The notes under the pieces: generated by a model
Databases searched by the model: none
Seen by the model: only the letters and a program-made list of their open reading frames with translations
Told to the model about the DNA's origin: nothing
Part shown: positions 24,481 to 39,300 of the stretch, piece by piece
Numbering within the stretch: position 1 is the stretch's first letter
How the letters are laid out: each line of letters starts with the position of its first letter
NCBI GenBank assembly: GCA_951406725.2
Contig: OX597825.1
Location: forward strand, 15,066,001 to 15,130,000
Length of the DNA stretch: 64,000 bases
Direction: 5' to 3'
Source of the DNA: Octopus vulgaris
Lineage: Eukaryota
Translations under genes and position numbers: made by a program

Positions 24481-25594
24481 ATATAGATCTAGATCTCAGG
24501 TACTTATTTTATTGACCACAGGACAGTATGGCGTACATATATCGGCGGGCCTTGAAATTAGATACTGAAGGGACATAAATCAATACTGAATGTAATGGTT
24601 TTCAACGCTTAAACGATTCTGCCACTTCGTTTGACAATGTCGTTTATACTTACGTTCTATTCACTTCCTAAACCTATATTTGTATAAAAATATGCTTATT
24701 TTTTCATGCATTATTCAATATTATCTATTTTAATTCATAAGCAGAAATTCAGACTATATTTCGTTTGATATTCTCAGATATAACAGATAAGAATTAGATT
24801 TTCGAGACAGATGTGGGTTATTCATATCGACCCATGGTAAAATAAATTAACATTTTAGACGTGAATAATACATATAATACCAAAAGCTGCCTTATGGATT
24901 TTTCACACCAGCCTCTGTGTATTAAAATGTAAAATTATATCTACATTCCTGTCAAATCAACTAACAAATATATTAGATACGTATCTATCCGCATACATAA
25001 CTGTCCTATTTATTGCAAGATGGAACGCGTCCAGAACGTTATCGAAGTCAGCGACTAATGGAGTAAATAATGCGAACATTGAAAATATTTAACATAGATG
25101 TTTCCCGGTAGGCTGGTCATGCATCAGATTGTCCGCTCTCTTGGAACAAATTTCTCGTTGGACGTTTCAAGTAACCGGAAAGAAGTTAACTGAAATTCAA
25201 GTTGATGGAAAGAAAACTGAACAGATGGAAAGAAACGAAAGAAGACTGCTAGATCTCGTTGCGCTTCGATTGTTATAACCTTGTTTTCGGCTTACTTCGG
25301 GTAAAAATAGGCATATAAAAATATCTCTGATCACAGATATAGTCAATGGCTACAACTTCACAAACCCGAGAATTACAAATGATTATGATTCGTATTATAT
25401 CTCGACTTATTCATGTTATATTACTGTTTCGTTTCCTGCATTCTAGATGACATGTTAATAGTCAGGAATAACACAGTTTTAGAATGGTTATTACAGTAAG
25501 AAATAAAATGTATTCTTAGGATATAAAGTACATGGCTTACCATATGGAATGTCTAAATTTGTTTCACCACACATAGATATTTAGGTATATATAT

Positions 25595-26001
25595 ACTCTT
25601 TACTCTCTTTTACTTGTTTCAGTCATTTGACTGCGGCCATGCTGGAGCATCGCCTTTAGTCGAACAAATCGACCCCGGGACTTATTCTTTGTAAGCCCAG
25701 TACTTATTCTATCGGTCTCTTTTGCCGAACCGCTAAGTTACGGGGACATAAACACACCAGCATCGGTTGTCAAGCAATGCTAAAGGGACAAACACAGACA
25801 CACAAACACACACACATTCATATATATATATACATATATACGACAGGCTTCTTTCAGTTTCCGTCTACCAAATCCACTCACAAGGCACTGGTCGGCCCGT
25901 GGCTATAGCAGAAGACACTTGCCCAAGATGCCACGCAGTGGGACTGAATCCGGAACCATGTGGTTGGTTAGCAAGCTACTTAACACACAGCCACTCCTGC
26001 G

Positions 26002-26003
<2 letters not shown>
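25595..26003 (-). mobile_element. Full-length SINE family C
   Basis: Reverse complement of the 55322..55732 type, with internal AT/GT microsatellite. Confidence 0.93.
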
Positions 26004-26051
<48 letters not shown>

Positions 26052-26969
26052 CGCACATAGTTACCTTCCACTGAGACACACTTAAAGATACAGATATACA
26101 TCCATTCATACTCGTGTGTGTACATGTGCGTATGTGTGTTTGTCTGTGTGTGAATGTGCGTGTGTGAGTGTGTCTGTGTATTTGTGAGAATGCATCGGGT
26201 ATATAATTTTAAGAAGTGTTTGTGTAAGTTCTTGTGGATAGAAATGAAGCTTTGTAGTTTTGTGGAATGAAACAAGTGTAATAAAACTGTTAGACGTTTC
26301 TTAAAGAGGAATTCAAAACCAAAAATTTTTGCCATTATTAATATATGGCATATTCGCCTGCCATTAGTGTACAAGTTATACGCATGATGTTTGTTACATT
26401 TTATGGCATGCTCATTGACTACAAAATTTACACTTAGTAAGGAACGTTATGTTTAAAGGGTTGAAAAAAAATCAGCTATGAAGGTAGCCATGTATCTTGA
26501 GGGGACGTGTAATGCGATACATAATAGCGATTGGTTGAATAACGAGAGAACCAAAACGAATTCTACGTGAATCACTCAAGTGACAGTAAGTTTGGAAGAT
26601 GAGAGATCATATGAAGTACCTCTCAGTGTTAATTTGACTTGAAAAATTGAGCTTCTCGTAAAGAAATATCGCAAAGTTTCCAGAGACTGCTCGTCGTGTA
26701 GCATGCTTCCTAATAACTCTATCCCATGTCTTACTGTGTAAGTTTCCCAGTTATATATATATTCGAGATAAAGTAATAAAGTGAATGCATATTGATAAAA
26801 TACACACACATATATATATGCGGTATCCATAAATGAAACTGAAGGAGATTTTTGAATAGACAGACAAACACATAAAATGTTATTAGGAAACAAAACCACT
26901 CCGACTTGGGCTCCCTTAGTTGCACGTTATGCATCTAGATGGTGTTCATGTATATATTAATAGTAATAG

Positions 26970-27006
<37 letters not shown>

Positions 27007-27014
<8 letters not shown>

Positions 27015-27355
27015 AAAAAAGGTTTGAAAATGCAATTTAAACGATGTTTATTTACTTAACCGGGTTCACTCTTTGGTAAAAGATTGTCAAAAGTAACATT
27101 AAAAGTAACATTGAATAATATGGGTTCAAAAAAGTTTTTTACATAATTGTCACATTGGATATTATGAATTCAAAAATGTTTTTTTATACAAAATTGTCAC
27201 ATTACATGTATAAATATACATAAATATACAATTTTGAACCCATATTATCCAATGTTATTTTTAATGTTACTTTTGACAATCTTTTCCAAAGAGTGAAACC
27301 GGTTAAGTAAATAAACATCGTTTAAATTGCATTTTCAAACCTTTTTCCTTATATA
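27007..27355. repeat. Long inverted repeat (~124-bp arms, ~100-bp spacer) in (AT)n, with degenerate HHR-like motif
   Basis: Arms 27007-27131 and 27232-27355; right arm reads ttact t TTGACAA tcttt tcc aaaga gt GAAA ccgg TTA agtaa. Confidence 0.85.
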
Positions 27356-27385
27356 ATCCCAATCGTGCGATACCCCACAACTCAA

Positions 27386-27435
<50 letters not shown>

Positions 27436-27488
27436 ATGGTCCCATCTGTCATTGTAAAGAGAACTTATAAACACTTTACATGGGTGTG

Positions 27489-27532
<44 letters not shown>

Positions 27533-27556
27533 TATATATATACACATGCGCACACT

Positions 27557-27627
<71 letters not shown>

Positions 27628-27888
27628 TGAGGGAGATAAATTAATATTAATTTTAATATCAATTTAAAACCAGTAGTTCAGCATTCAAAAAATCTGAGGA
27701 GTCAGAGAAAATTCAAATATATGTGTATATTGGCAGAGGCTGGCCTGCTAGGTAGCCGGCCATAATGCTAGAAGAAGATCATCAACGATCAAACTACAAG
27801 GGAAATTCTCTAGAGGAAGAATTCAGCGAACACCAGAACCAACTTTGGCGGGCAGGACATATGAAAAATTATATAAATAACAGACTTA

Positions 27889-27964
27889 AATGCATACCTC
27901 GGTTTCGGTCTTAACAAAAGAATTACTTGCATAATTCCAGTGTCCGTGACTTCATCAGTACATT
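27889..27964 (-). ncRNA. Type I hammerhead ribozyme (unit 1)
   Basis: Minus strand: aatgta CTGATGA agtc...gacc GAAAC cgag GTA tgcatt; 6-bp stem I; A-C mismatch closing stem II. Confidence 0.78.
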
Positions 27965-28434
27965 CGGTCCTCGAGATGCAAACCGCAAGACTAACCCCAG
28001 CTCTCAGTGTCAAGACAGACACGTGCTTAGTCTTACTGATTACATCGGGAATAAAATTTCAAATGTCTTGGTTCTGGCGCGCTGAGAGACTCCTGAAGCG
28101 AAGGGCTGCAGTGAATAATTCACTGCGGGTAGTGCTTACAACTAGGGAACATATTTATTTAAATATGTAAAAATTGAGGGAGATAAATTAATATTAATTT
28201 TAATATCAATTTAAAACCAGTAGTCCAGCATTCAAAAAATCTGAGGAGTCAGAGAAAATTCAAATATATGTGTATATTGGCAGAGCTGGCCTGCTAGGTA
28301 GCCGGCCAGAATGCTAGAAGAAGATCATCAACGATCAAACTACAAGGGAAATTCTCTAGAGGAAGAATTAAGCGAACACCAGAACCAGCTTTGGCGGGCA
28401 GGACATATGAAAAATTATATAAATAACAGACTTA

Positions 28435-28510
28435 AATGCATACCTCGGTTTCGGTCTTAACAAAAGAATTACTTGCATAATTCCAGTGTCCGTGACTTCA
28501 TCAGTACATT
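28435..28510 (-). ncRNA. Type I hammerhead ribozyme (unit 2)
   Basis: Same motif 546 bp downstream of the unit 1 HHR. Confidence 0.78.
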
Positions 28511-29148
28511 CGGTCCTCGAGATGCAAACCGCAAGACTAACCCCAGCTCTCAGTGTCGAGACAGTCACGTGCTTAGTCTTACTGATTACATCGGGAATAA
28601 AATTTCAAATGTCTTGGTTCTGGCGCACTGAGAGACTCCTGAAGCAAAGGGCTGCAGTGAATAATTCACTGCGGGTAGTGCTTACAACTAGGGAACGTAT
28701 TTATTTAAATATTTAAAAATTGAGGGAGATAAATTAATATTAATTTTAATATCAATTTAAAACCAGTAGTCCAGCATTCAAAAAATCTGAGGAGTCAGAG
28801 AAAATTCAAATATATGTGTATGTTGGGAGATATTGGCAGGAGTCTCTCAGCGCGCCAGAACCAAGACATTTGAAATTTTATTCCCGATGTAATCAGTAAG
28901 ACTAAGCACGTGTCTGTCTCGACACAGAGAGCTGGGGTTAGTCTTGCGGTTTGCATCTCGAGGACCGAATGTACCGAGGTATGCATTTAAGTCTGTTATT
29001 TATATAATTTTTCATATGTCCTGCCCGCCAAAGTTGGTTCTGGTGTTCGCTGAATTCTTCCTCTAGAGAATTTCCCTTGTAGTTTGATCGTTGATGATCT
29101 TCTTCTAGCATCCTGGCCAGCTACCTAGCAGGCCAGCCCTGGCAATAT

Positions 29149-29596
<448 letters not shown>

Positions 29597-29829
29597 TTTA
29601 TACACATAAGTTTTTCACTTTCAAATTTTTGTTCCTGTCGAATCTTATCCATTATTGTTGTGGATCTCTAATGCGCTGAATCTTCACCCTAGGTGTAGAT
29701 TCCTTGTGTATAATTAATATATAGTCTTTTTGACGATTTTTTTTTTCACGTTAGACCACTGGAAATGTAAATTTTGATTGAATATTTTAAATTTAATTAA
29801 ATTCCATTTCCCTTTCTGATATGATTAAG

Positions 29830-29893
<64 letters not shown>

Positions 29894-30195
29894 GCATACA
29901 TAACTATATAGATAGATAGATTAGATGTAATGAGAGAGAGGTGGGAATTGCGTGTGTGGGGGCATTTATGTAAGCACGTCGACATTCCCATGCCTATGCC
30001 AGGGTCTGATCACTAAATATCAGGATTGTTGCCTTAGTAGTGAATCTAAAGCATTCAGAGTAAAGCCGCTTGGCAAAGATTTACTGCACTAACTTTTAAT
30101 GTTTCGAGCTCACATCCGCCGTTTACAATAGTGCTTGGAATGAAACTGTGTAGCGTCTGATCATTTCATTAACCATGTCAGAGAATGTTGTCATC

Positions 30196-30580
30196 ATGAT
30201 ACCTGCTCAGAGGCCTACGCAAATTTGCAGAAAATCTATGGAGAGGAGTGCACGAGCCGCAGCCAAATGTACCAATGTTTCAAACATTTCCAAGATGGCC
30301 GAGAAATGTCGATATTGACAAACATTCTGCACGACACGCAACCAGCAGAACTGTGCGTGTAACCTTGAGGGGAAATCGTCGAATTACTACCCGTGTGTTA
30401 TCAGAGAATATGCAGATTAGTTACGGTTCAGTTCAGTCCATTACCATATCAATATGAGAGGTGTGTCTTCCAAGTTTGTGCCAAAACTGATTTCAGCTGA
30501 CCAGAAAAATACTAGGGTTTAAGTTGCAAAAAACCTCATTGATAGTGTCGAGAATCAGGAAAAAAAACTTTGAAAACATT
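30196..30580 (+). pseudogene. Mariner transposase N-terminal relic
   Basis: SEAYANLQKIYGEECTSRSQMYQCFKHFQDGRE...NRRITTRVLSENMQISYGSVQSI...VSSKFVPKLISADQK (two HTH regions plus a WVPHEL-like motif); frameshifted. Confidence 0.8.
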
Positions 30581-30823
30581 ACGTAGGCTTCTGAGTAGCT
30601 ATTACGTAGCATTTGGCAAAATTAGATGTAGATTCTCTACTCAACTTCCTCCCTCATGGTCAATTGGATGATCACACGCTACAGGCGTTCCTTTGAAATA
30701 CTGCTGTGCTTAGCGGAAGAAAGTTAGAACGTTAAAACTCAGGACAAATGTACAGCGGCTCTACCCTGCATGCTTTAGCGTCGTTATTATGTCAACATTC
30801 CGGATACTTATTGATCAGCAATG

Positions 30824-30894
<71 letters not shown>

Positions 30895-31753
30895 GAGGTT
30901 GTAAGAGATGATGGTGTCATTGAGACCCAAGGGTGTCAGGTAATGCTGAATAAGTGCTATAGACAGACCATAGTTAAGTTCCAGATTCGGTAATATTGCG
31001 AATAAAGGGTTCAACGTTGGTTCTATATCAGCGTGTGTATATATGAATTTATATATGATTAATAATATTAATTAATAATGATATTATTAAATAATATTCT
31101 AGAATCAGCTGTAAGACCTTCTATCTATAAATGCTCTAATATCTATACAGCCTTGCTTTTTTTTCATCTCATTACACAAAAAAATTCATATATATATATA
31201 TATATACATATACTTATTACGTATCATCGAACCTTATTATGTTTCATTCCATTGAAACTACATTCATCTGACATAAAGATGGGATGTATATAGATTGAAC
31301 ACCTTTCATCATAGCGCTACTTGATCGGTGGTATCTGGAGGCTGTAATACTTCACGCTCTAAATTGGAACCGCGTCGAAATCTCGGTGTAGTTCTCTTAA
31401 AGTTACGACTCAGAAGTCAATAAAATATGTAACTGTCAAATATTGCTTTCTATATTTTCGACTTATGTCCGTGATACAAATCAATATTAACACGCAAGTT
31501 AAAGTGTCAGATTATATTTATTATTTCGAAGGTTATAGTGAAGAAACAATTTCTTCTATCTGTTATACGACTTTATGTCGCAATTGAAGAATGTTTGAGA
31601 GGAACGATTAATGAACAGTTGGAGAAGCATAAGATTTGCAACACGAACAATATGGAATTCGTTCGATATGCAAGAAATAGTATACAACAGATCTTACCCA
31701 AATCAAATCTGAACACTTCAAATGAATTGAATTGTAGATATAACATAATCAAA

Positions 31754-31990
31754 GGGCGGTGAGCTGGCAGAAACGTTAGCGCGTCGGGTGAAATACTTAG
31801 CGGTATTTCGTCGGCCGTTACGTTCTGAGTTCAAATTCTGCCGAGGTCGACTTTGCCTTTCATCCTTTCGGGGTCAATAAAATTAAGTACCAGTTACGCA
31901 CTGATGTAGATATAATCGACTTAATCTGTTTGTCTGTCCTTGTTTGTCCTCTCTCTGTTTAGCCCCCTGTGGGTAGGAAACAAATAGAAA
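31754..31990 (+). mobile_element. Full-length SINE family A with TSD
   Basis: Flanking direct repeat tagatataacata on both sides. Confidence 0.9.
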
Positions 31991-32238
31991 TAGATATAAC
32001 ATAGTGAAGTGAATTGACTCCACAGACATTAACCGAAATGAATCTATGAGACAGGCGTCCAAAGAACACTAGATGCGATCTGGCGTGCTTTTTGTGTCCT
32101 AGGAATATTACCAGTTTCTCGTTCAAAGTCCAATTATATATTATTTTGCAAGTGATGTTGTGCTATGTCGTTGAAAGACACCACATATGTGCAGCGCAAG
32201 ACACAGTCTTCATTGTTATAAATATGGGATACATATGT

Positions 32239-32633
32239 ACTTACTTGTAATTGTGGCGACATTCACCCTGGGCGGGTTGAGTTGGTTTCTTTCACCACCC
32301 TCGAGGCATCTCGAACCATGGCGGTGGAAGAAGTTTCGTGGGAATATGTAGATTTCACAAGCGGTCCCCTACAATCCCGCATGTAAAGATATCCTGTTTG
32401 CCGCAGATTGTCCGCAGACGCAGGTACAGAACGACCGAGGAGCCGCCGGTTGCCGAAACAGACACTCCGAGGATCTTCACCAGAACCCCTTCTGCCGGGT
32501 TGTGGCCCTAATACCACTCGGTGTCAGACCAATCCGCCTTGGGTGGCCCTACCAGGAACCGAAGTTCCCGACGGCATAGCTCTGACACTACTAGTTGCCA
32601 GCGTCCGTACCACGGTGAGGAGGGTATGGACTT
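32239..32633 (-). mobile_element. Short non-autonomous RTE-clade derivative with 14-bp TSD
   Basis: TSD tgggatacatatgt at 32225-32238 and 32634-32647; 5' motif ctcaccgtgg...agagctatgccg...ggtagggccacccaag resembles RTE/BovB-type 5' UTRs; aagtaagt tail. Confidence 0.75.
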
Positions 32634-33301
32634 TGGGATACATATGTGAGCGCTCCATCGCAAACGAAAAGATGAAATGAGCCATGTTGTATACTGGGGT
32701 CAATATATTATAATACCTGCGTAAGCTACAAATGTTTACAAGCCAATGGGCATCACACTTAGTATGACAGATAAGTTGAGGATAGAGCCAAGAATTTTAG
32801 AAGAAAATTTACGAAGCACCATTAGTAATCTAATTCATTTGAATGCAACGTAATAAGTATATTTCGCTTTAGATATATATATGAAAAATACTTAACTAAT
32901 GCAGAAGTTCCGAAAAAGAATAACATTTATTCTGAATGATGTGACTTTTCAAGTGCAAAATATCAATTTAAATCTAGTGGAAATTGATTTTCATTTCTAT
33001 TTACCTAAGTTATTTCAGCTTTAAAGAGTACACGTCAATATATAGAGTTGCTATATAGATAAAGATGAAAGGGTAAGCTCACCCGTATAAATTTGAATGT
33101 AAACACAATGATACTCACCTGCACACTTGAATATGTGCATCTCTTAAAAATAAGAACGAACACACAGACACACACACACACACACACACGCGCATAAAAG
33201 ATGCAGCGACGGCTACAAAGTATTATACATACACGGGTATTCATAGTAGATCCATACATAAATATATGCATAAATACATGCATACACAAATACACATACA
33301 T

Positions 33302-33336
<35 letters not shown>

Positions 33337-33338
33337 CA

Positions 33339-33388
<50 letters not shown>

Positions 33389-35081
33389 TGTATATACATG
33401 AAAGCCTATATAATATGTCTACCTATGTATATATATATCTACGATATATGTATAATCTGAAATAATATAGATATTATATACATGCTATACTATTACATAA
33501 ATGTGTGTGTGTGAGTGTATGTGTATGTATGCATCTATATATGTATATAAGTATAATTGAGAGACGACGATATTCAAAAGGGTAAAATATAGTCACAAAA
33601 GAATTATTGTGCTGTGTGACTTGTAAATATGTTGAGAAAGAACACTATTGGTAAATATGCAAATAAATATCGAATTAAAATTTCAGTAGACATCACGTGA
33701 TGTTCCTTATATACACTGGAACCTTCAGCAGACAGAAGGAGAAACTATTAAGCTTATTTTTTATATTGTTGTTAGTTAGACCGTCTTAAATTTCACAGTG
33801 AATGACAAGGTATGATGTCGGTTCTAAAATGACCAAATGAAATGAGACAATGAGTAACCAATTGTATTTTGCTTTCGATCGCTTAAAGAATTTTATATTA
33901 ATCTTGGAAAAATGTTCCTACGTGATTCAAGAAATGGTGATATACCTGAATAATTCTACGAGTTTCAGAATATAACTTTTACATGAACGTTGAATAGCCT
34001 ATTCCATTATATTTGCCATAATACCTTAACAACATCGTAATATACAAATCCAGTTCACCTTATCCATCATTATATACTCCCTGCGATGAGAATATCAGTG
34101 TTCACTTCTCTAAACAAAATAAAAAGTCCAAATTTATTTTCAATCTAGATTTCAGTTCAGATCTGTCAATACCTATTTTTCCCGCCTGATTTACACTAAG
34201 CAGTCTAGTATTTATTTAGGACATACATAACTCACTGACTGAATAAAAAAAAACCCATACAATTTCATGTACTGTGCATAGTTTTTATTTCAACTTATAA
34301 GTCGTATCCTCTCATTCATTGACAAATTATAGTTTATTTAATTTAAATCAATCCATTTGATATTTAATCAAATAAAATTACATGGACAGGTTAATGTTTT
34401 TTCTCTCATTTTATAGATTCAAATTTAATTTAATGATGATGGTTTGATAAATTGGATTATGGATGTATGTGTAGAAGTAAGTGGAAGTAATATAACACAT
34501 TTAATAAAAGTTTAATTATTCCATAATGCACAGAAGGATGCATATGGTTTTTGTTATATTGGAACATATAACGTGATAAGTAGAAGTTTTGAAGAATATT
34601 AATTTTGTGTGGCGTATAGGCGAACATTCTAAATTTCCATACCGTACAATTTGTCGGAGAAATCGTTATGAATTTTCATAAAGCTCAAACGTATATAAAT
34701 AAATTAGAAGGAAGATGAAAAGGTCGATAAGATAGTTAAGAATTGTATGTAGTTAGAGAATGTAACAGCGGAAAAGACCCGATTAGTCATCTGTTTGTTA
34801 CTTCTTACATATACTGCGTGCTACCGATTTAAATATATTGTTTTACGAAGAAAGAATCGTGTGTCATAGAAACTGTTTCTACTAACAACAATTAACAAGA
34901 AACGTTGTTGTCTATATTTAAAATTTCATCTACAATCTATGGTAACCATTATTATCAAAAGTGTTATATTTGCGTTGTACATTTTAATCAATGAAAAACA
35001 AATTCTTCAATACCAAATGTCAACCCTAATCATATTTTGATTAGTATATATGGTTCACTTTGATATCGTTAACTATTTTCA

Positions 35082-35142
<61 letters not shown>

Positions 35143-35819
35143 CATATACATACATATATATATTTCCTAGGCATATACAAAAGGATATACAAAAGATATA
35201 CAAAATTATTCAGTAAAATGTAAATATTCTTATGTTAACATTGAAATATCTGAAAAAGTAAATATATGTAAGTGAAAACGTCTGCTTAAAATATATTTCT
35301 AGGCAATATGTTTCCAAGAGAACAGAAGGCAATGCCTCAAAGAGAGATCTCCAAACACATTAGAAATCGTTTCCAATCGTACATAATGAATAGCAGTCCA
35401 TGAGGCGCTAGGAAACACAAACATATGGATTGATAATTGAATACAGTACAATAGAAACTAAAACCATTACTCTGAGTTTCATACATTTTTATCTCTATAA
35501 AAAACGGTATGATAACAGGGAATATGTAGTTGAAAATATTGACCATCTGCGAGTTTAGGATGCTGTTATCAAAGAGAATGAAATATTTCAACAATGAAGA
35601 ATGTAACTCAACAATAGTTAACCGAAGTGCTTAAATTCTAACTGTAGCTTCTGTAAAAATGATTGCTATATGTACGGTGTGTAAAGAAAGAGTGAGTGTC
35701 CATGGCTGGTACAGCCCCCACCTAGAGCAGTGAGATGATCATTAGAAATCAAATCTAAACGAACAGGGGGTTACGATTGAATTTTCATAAATTCTATTAT
35801 ATAGCAAGGCAGCAAGATA

Positions 35820-36377
35820 TTGAGATGTCCGAAAAGTTCTTGCCGATTTTAAGAGGAAAATAAAAGGTCAATAAATACTTGCCATTACATTTTTAATCAA
35901 CTAATTATGAACCATTTTGAACATCTCCATCTTTCCTTCAACTTGAAAATACCCCCTTCCCAGAATCGAGGTGGTTTCATGGCAAATAATTAATCAAGGT
36001 ATCTTTTTACGTCATACAAGGAATTGAAATTTTTACCATTAAGACTATTCTGCAGAGACCCAAATAAGTGGAAATCCGAAGGAGCAATATCTGGTGAATA
36101 TGGAGGGTGGGGTAACACATCCCAGCCGAGCTGCAGCAATTTTTGTCTGATTCCCAAAGCATCAAGTGCCGAAAACGAACTTTCTTATCTTCCATTTTAA
36201 AGGGTTACAGAATGAACACAGGTTATAGGAACATAAACCTTCTTCCACGAAAAGATAGCTTAAAATGTGCTCTAAATGGAGGTGTGTTTAAATAATATCT
36301 TATGGACTGAACTATGTTCTAAAGTAAGTCGAAATGTAAGCTACTATAAATCGGCACGAACTTTCCGGACAATCCAA
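35820..36377 (-). mobile_element. Internally deleted mariner element with TIRs
   Basis: TIRs ttgagatgtccgaaaagttcttgccgattt / aaatcggcacgaactttccggacaatccaa; relic peptides MEDKKVRFRHLMLWE and HPPYSPDIAPSDFHLF. Confidence 0.88.
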
Positions 36378-39300
36378 GAGAAACAAAAACGTAACTAAAC
36401 CAAAAGTGAGATTATTTATGGCTAACAATATTCTCGTATTTGCCACTAATGCTTCTAGAACTGCAGCGAATATTGAAGTTTCTATTTCAAATATTCACAT
36501 TTTCACCTATTGTAGAACTCTTTCTCTAGCTATAGAGTCGCACGGAAATATATTTTATATTTTATAGAATATAAAACTAGAAATTTGAAAGAACCTTTAT
36601 TTCTGAATAAAAAAAATAAATATATAAATGTAAATAGACATTCATGCTCAACTTTTCAAGCAAGACTGTTAGGTTTTATATTCTATTTAATATTATTTCA
36701 TTGAAAACATTCTTTTTATTCCTACGAGTTTAAAGAACATCTCTCTTGAATTCTCACAAGTCTTTATCAATAATGGACAATATCTTTCAAAAGGTAATCT
36801 ATAGATTTCTGATCAATAATTCTAACTTGAGTATCATTTTTGCTTCAAAAATAAACGTAATGTTTTCTGTAATATTATTTTTGTCATCGTTAGTACTTTC
36901 TTAGTTTTCAGAGAAAAACTTTATCCGAAACTACATTGACTGTTTTTTTTTTCTTTTCTTTCAATAATAACACAGGATTCAATACTAACGCATTTTAGTA
37001 ACTTTGAAATAGGTTTCTGCATATTGTTTGCCATTGTTGTTCCTGCTGCTTAACCTTTTTCTAGCCAAGTAAATGTCAGCTGTGTTCATGATTAAAGGAC
37101 TAAAGTATTTTTGAAATTTCATGAAATTCATAACAATTGAATTACAAAAATATATTGCGTTCCTCAACGTTTCTCGTTATTTTGTTTTTAAATTTTCATA
37201 TTCACTAATCTGTAAAGGAGGAGTAATGCCAGTGGCCATTTTCTAAACCCAACCTCTTATAACGAGGAGTTGGTGCACACAGAGACATTTGATGGACGCA
37301 ATGTTTATCTGGAATTGATGGAAGTAGTTATTATTGTTGCTGTTGTTATATTAATAATTTTTTAAAATTATTATTATTAATAGTAGTGACGATGTTATTA
37401 TTAGTATTGTTCTTGTGTTTCTTTGTGTGTCTGCATGACGCCCCTTCAAATTGCTCGTAATATTTGTTTTCACCACTTTATAAAAGCCTACGTTTAATTT
37501 TGTTTTCTTTCCGCACTTTTTTTCAGACCCGACTGGGTACCTGAGGAACTGTTTAGTTCCATGCTGTTCTTGCTCTTCTCGAGTAGAAGCAATGTTTCCT
37601 GAAACCTGAAGATTTTAAATTAAAACATTGGTTTATTAAATTAAATTTCATTATCGTTATTTATGTTGTTCTTAATTTTATTGTTGTTTATATATCGTCA
37701 GCAAGAGGAGTTACAAAAATATTCATAATAGAAGCAGCGACAGATAACTAGATGAGCGAATCAACTGCTCAACCTCAGAAATCATGCAAATGCTTCCTCT
37801 CGCTACCCGCTTTTATCCAATATGGCATTGGCTAGAATAAACGTAGTGAATACGTATGGTCGCGGTTACGACGGATGCATAGGCACCTGCTGAATAATCT
37901 CAGACCCCAAATTGTAAATGTAATGGCCGTCAGTGCATGTAGAAAAACATAGGCATAAGACTTAACATCGTTTTGCGGTGGCTACGAGTAAAACACATCT
38001 TCATGTTGACTGGGATAATGAAATGAAGTAGTGCTGCTCCAAACGAGCCTGAATTTTACCAACTGAATTGATTCAGAGGTGAAATTCGTGATGTTGGACC
38101 ACATTACCGAATAAGGGCGTGTCTTCTAGATAGTAGCCATCTCGGCCCAGCAGAGGAAGGGCAACGAGATGTATTTAGGCCTAAATATTTTACATTTGTA
38201 ATGCAGATTTCCTTCGGTAATCTTACGGCAATATCAACTTAAAACCTCTAGCTCTGAGAGGGGTAGGTAAGCGCTGATGGGAAAGAGGATCCTTAATAAT
38301 TGACACCTTCAAAGTAGCAAATGCAGATCTCATATTAATAATTACATCTCAAGTAAAACTTTTGCTTCAAAAATAAACGCTGTTCTTTGTTTAAGCCGGT
38401 ATACTTCATTTAAATCGCTAGTACCAGGTTGAATGTTTGGAATTTATAGTCACGGTTTTGTCATATTTCAGTAGACGACGGGAGAACTCTCAGATATTTC
38501 GCTGTCTAGCACATATGTAGAATATTTGAGTGATTAACATATTCAACTTTTATAGATTTACCATAACAGAATCACTCAAATATACAAATATTTCGTTTGA
38601 ATATATTGAAATAAAGATCTAACACTGTCGGTGAATTGAAAGAAGAGATTTCAAACTTAAAACGAAAGCAAAACTGCAGAATTATTCGTATAGTAATATT
38701 AATTTTAATTACATATTTGTATTTATGTCGATTGATTAATGATCAAAGATATTAGAGCTTACTACTAAGTGTTATTAAACAAAGAAGTTATCGCCTCCGT
38801 TTTCTTATGGAACAACGCCTGTGAGATATAATATTAGTAGTGAACTATTCACTTCGTAATATTATCTCCGAGGTTTATTTTATTGTTTGTTTCCTTTAGA
38901 CTATCTTGCAGTTAAAATAACATGAATTCTCTATTTGGCGTCGAAGTATTGTATATATTTTCAACAGAAAGTGTCACACAAAATGGTGAGATACGATAGA
39001 ATCAAGAACCGCTTCCACTTCAATTGCCAGAAATATTTTGAATATATAAATGAGTTTGCATTGAGATGCAGATCAAAGCTAACAGAATAATCTGATTCTT
39101 AATGAAAGACTTCGCTGAGTATTTCAAATATGATTACAATTTTCTTGCACATAATATTTAATGCTTCGAAAAGTCAAATTTTTACCCAATACATTTTATG
39201 GTTTCTAATAGATGCGATTACGATTTTCTCATATTCAATTTCCCATTGAACTCTATATGTCATCTTCCGATGAACACATCATCATTGCTAGAAAAGGAGG

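Noticed and set aside
27810-28986. Duplicated 63-76 aa ORFs in the 546-bp units
   Set aside because: Short, non-ATG or unrecognisable ORFs repeated only because the unit is duplicated; no RT or GIY-YIG similarity seen.
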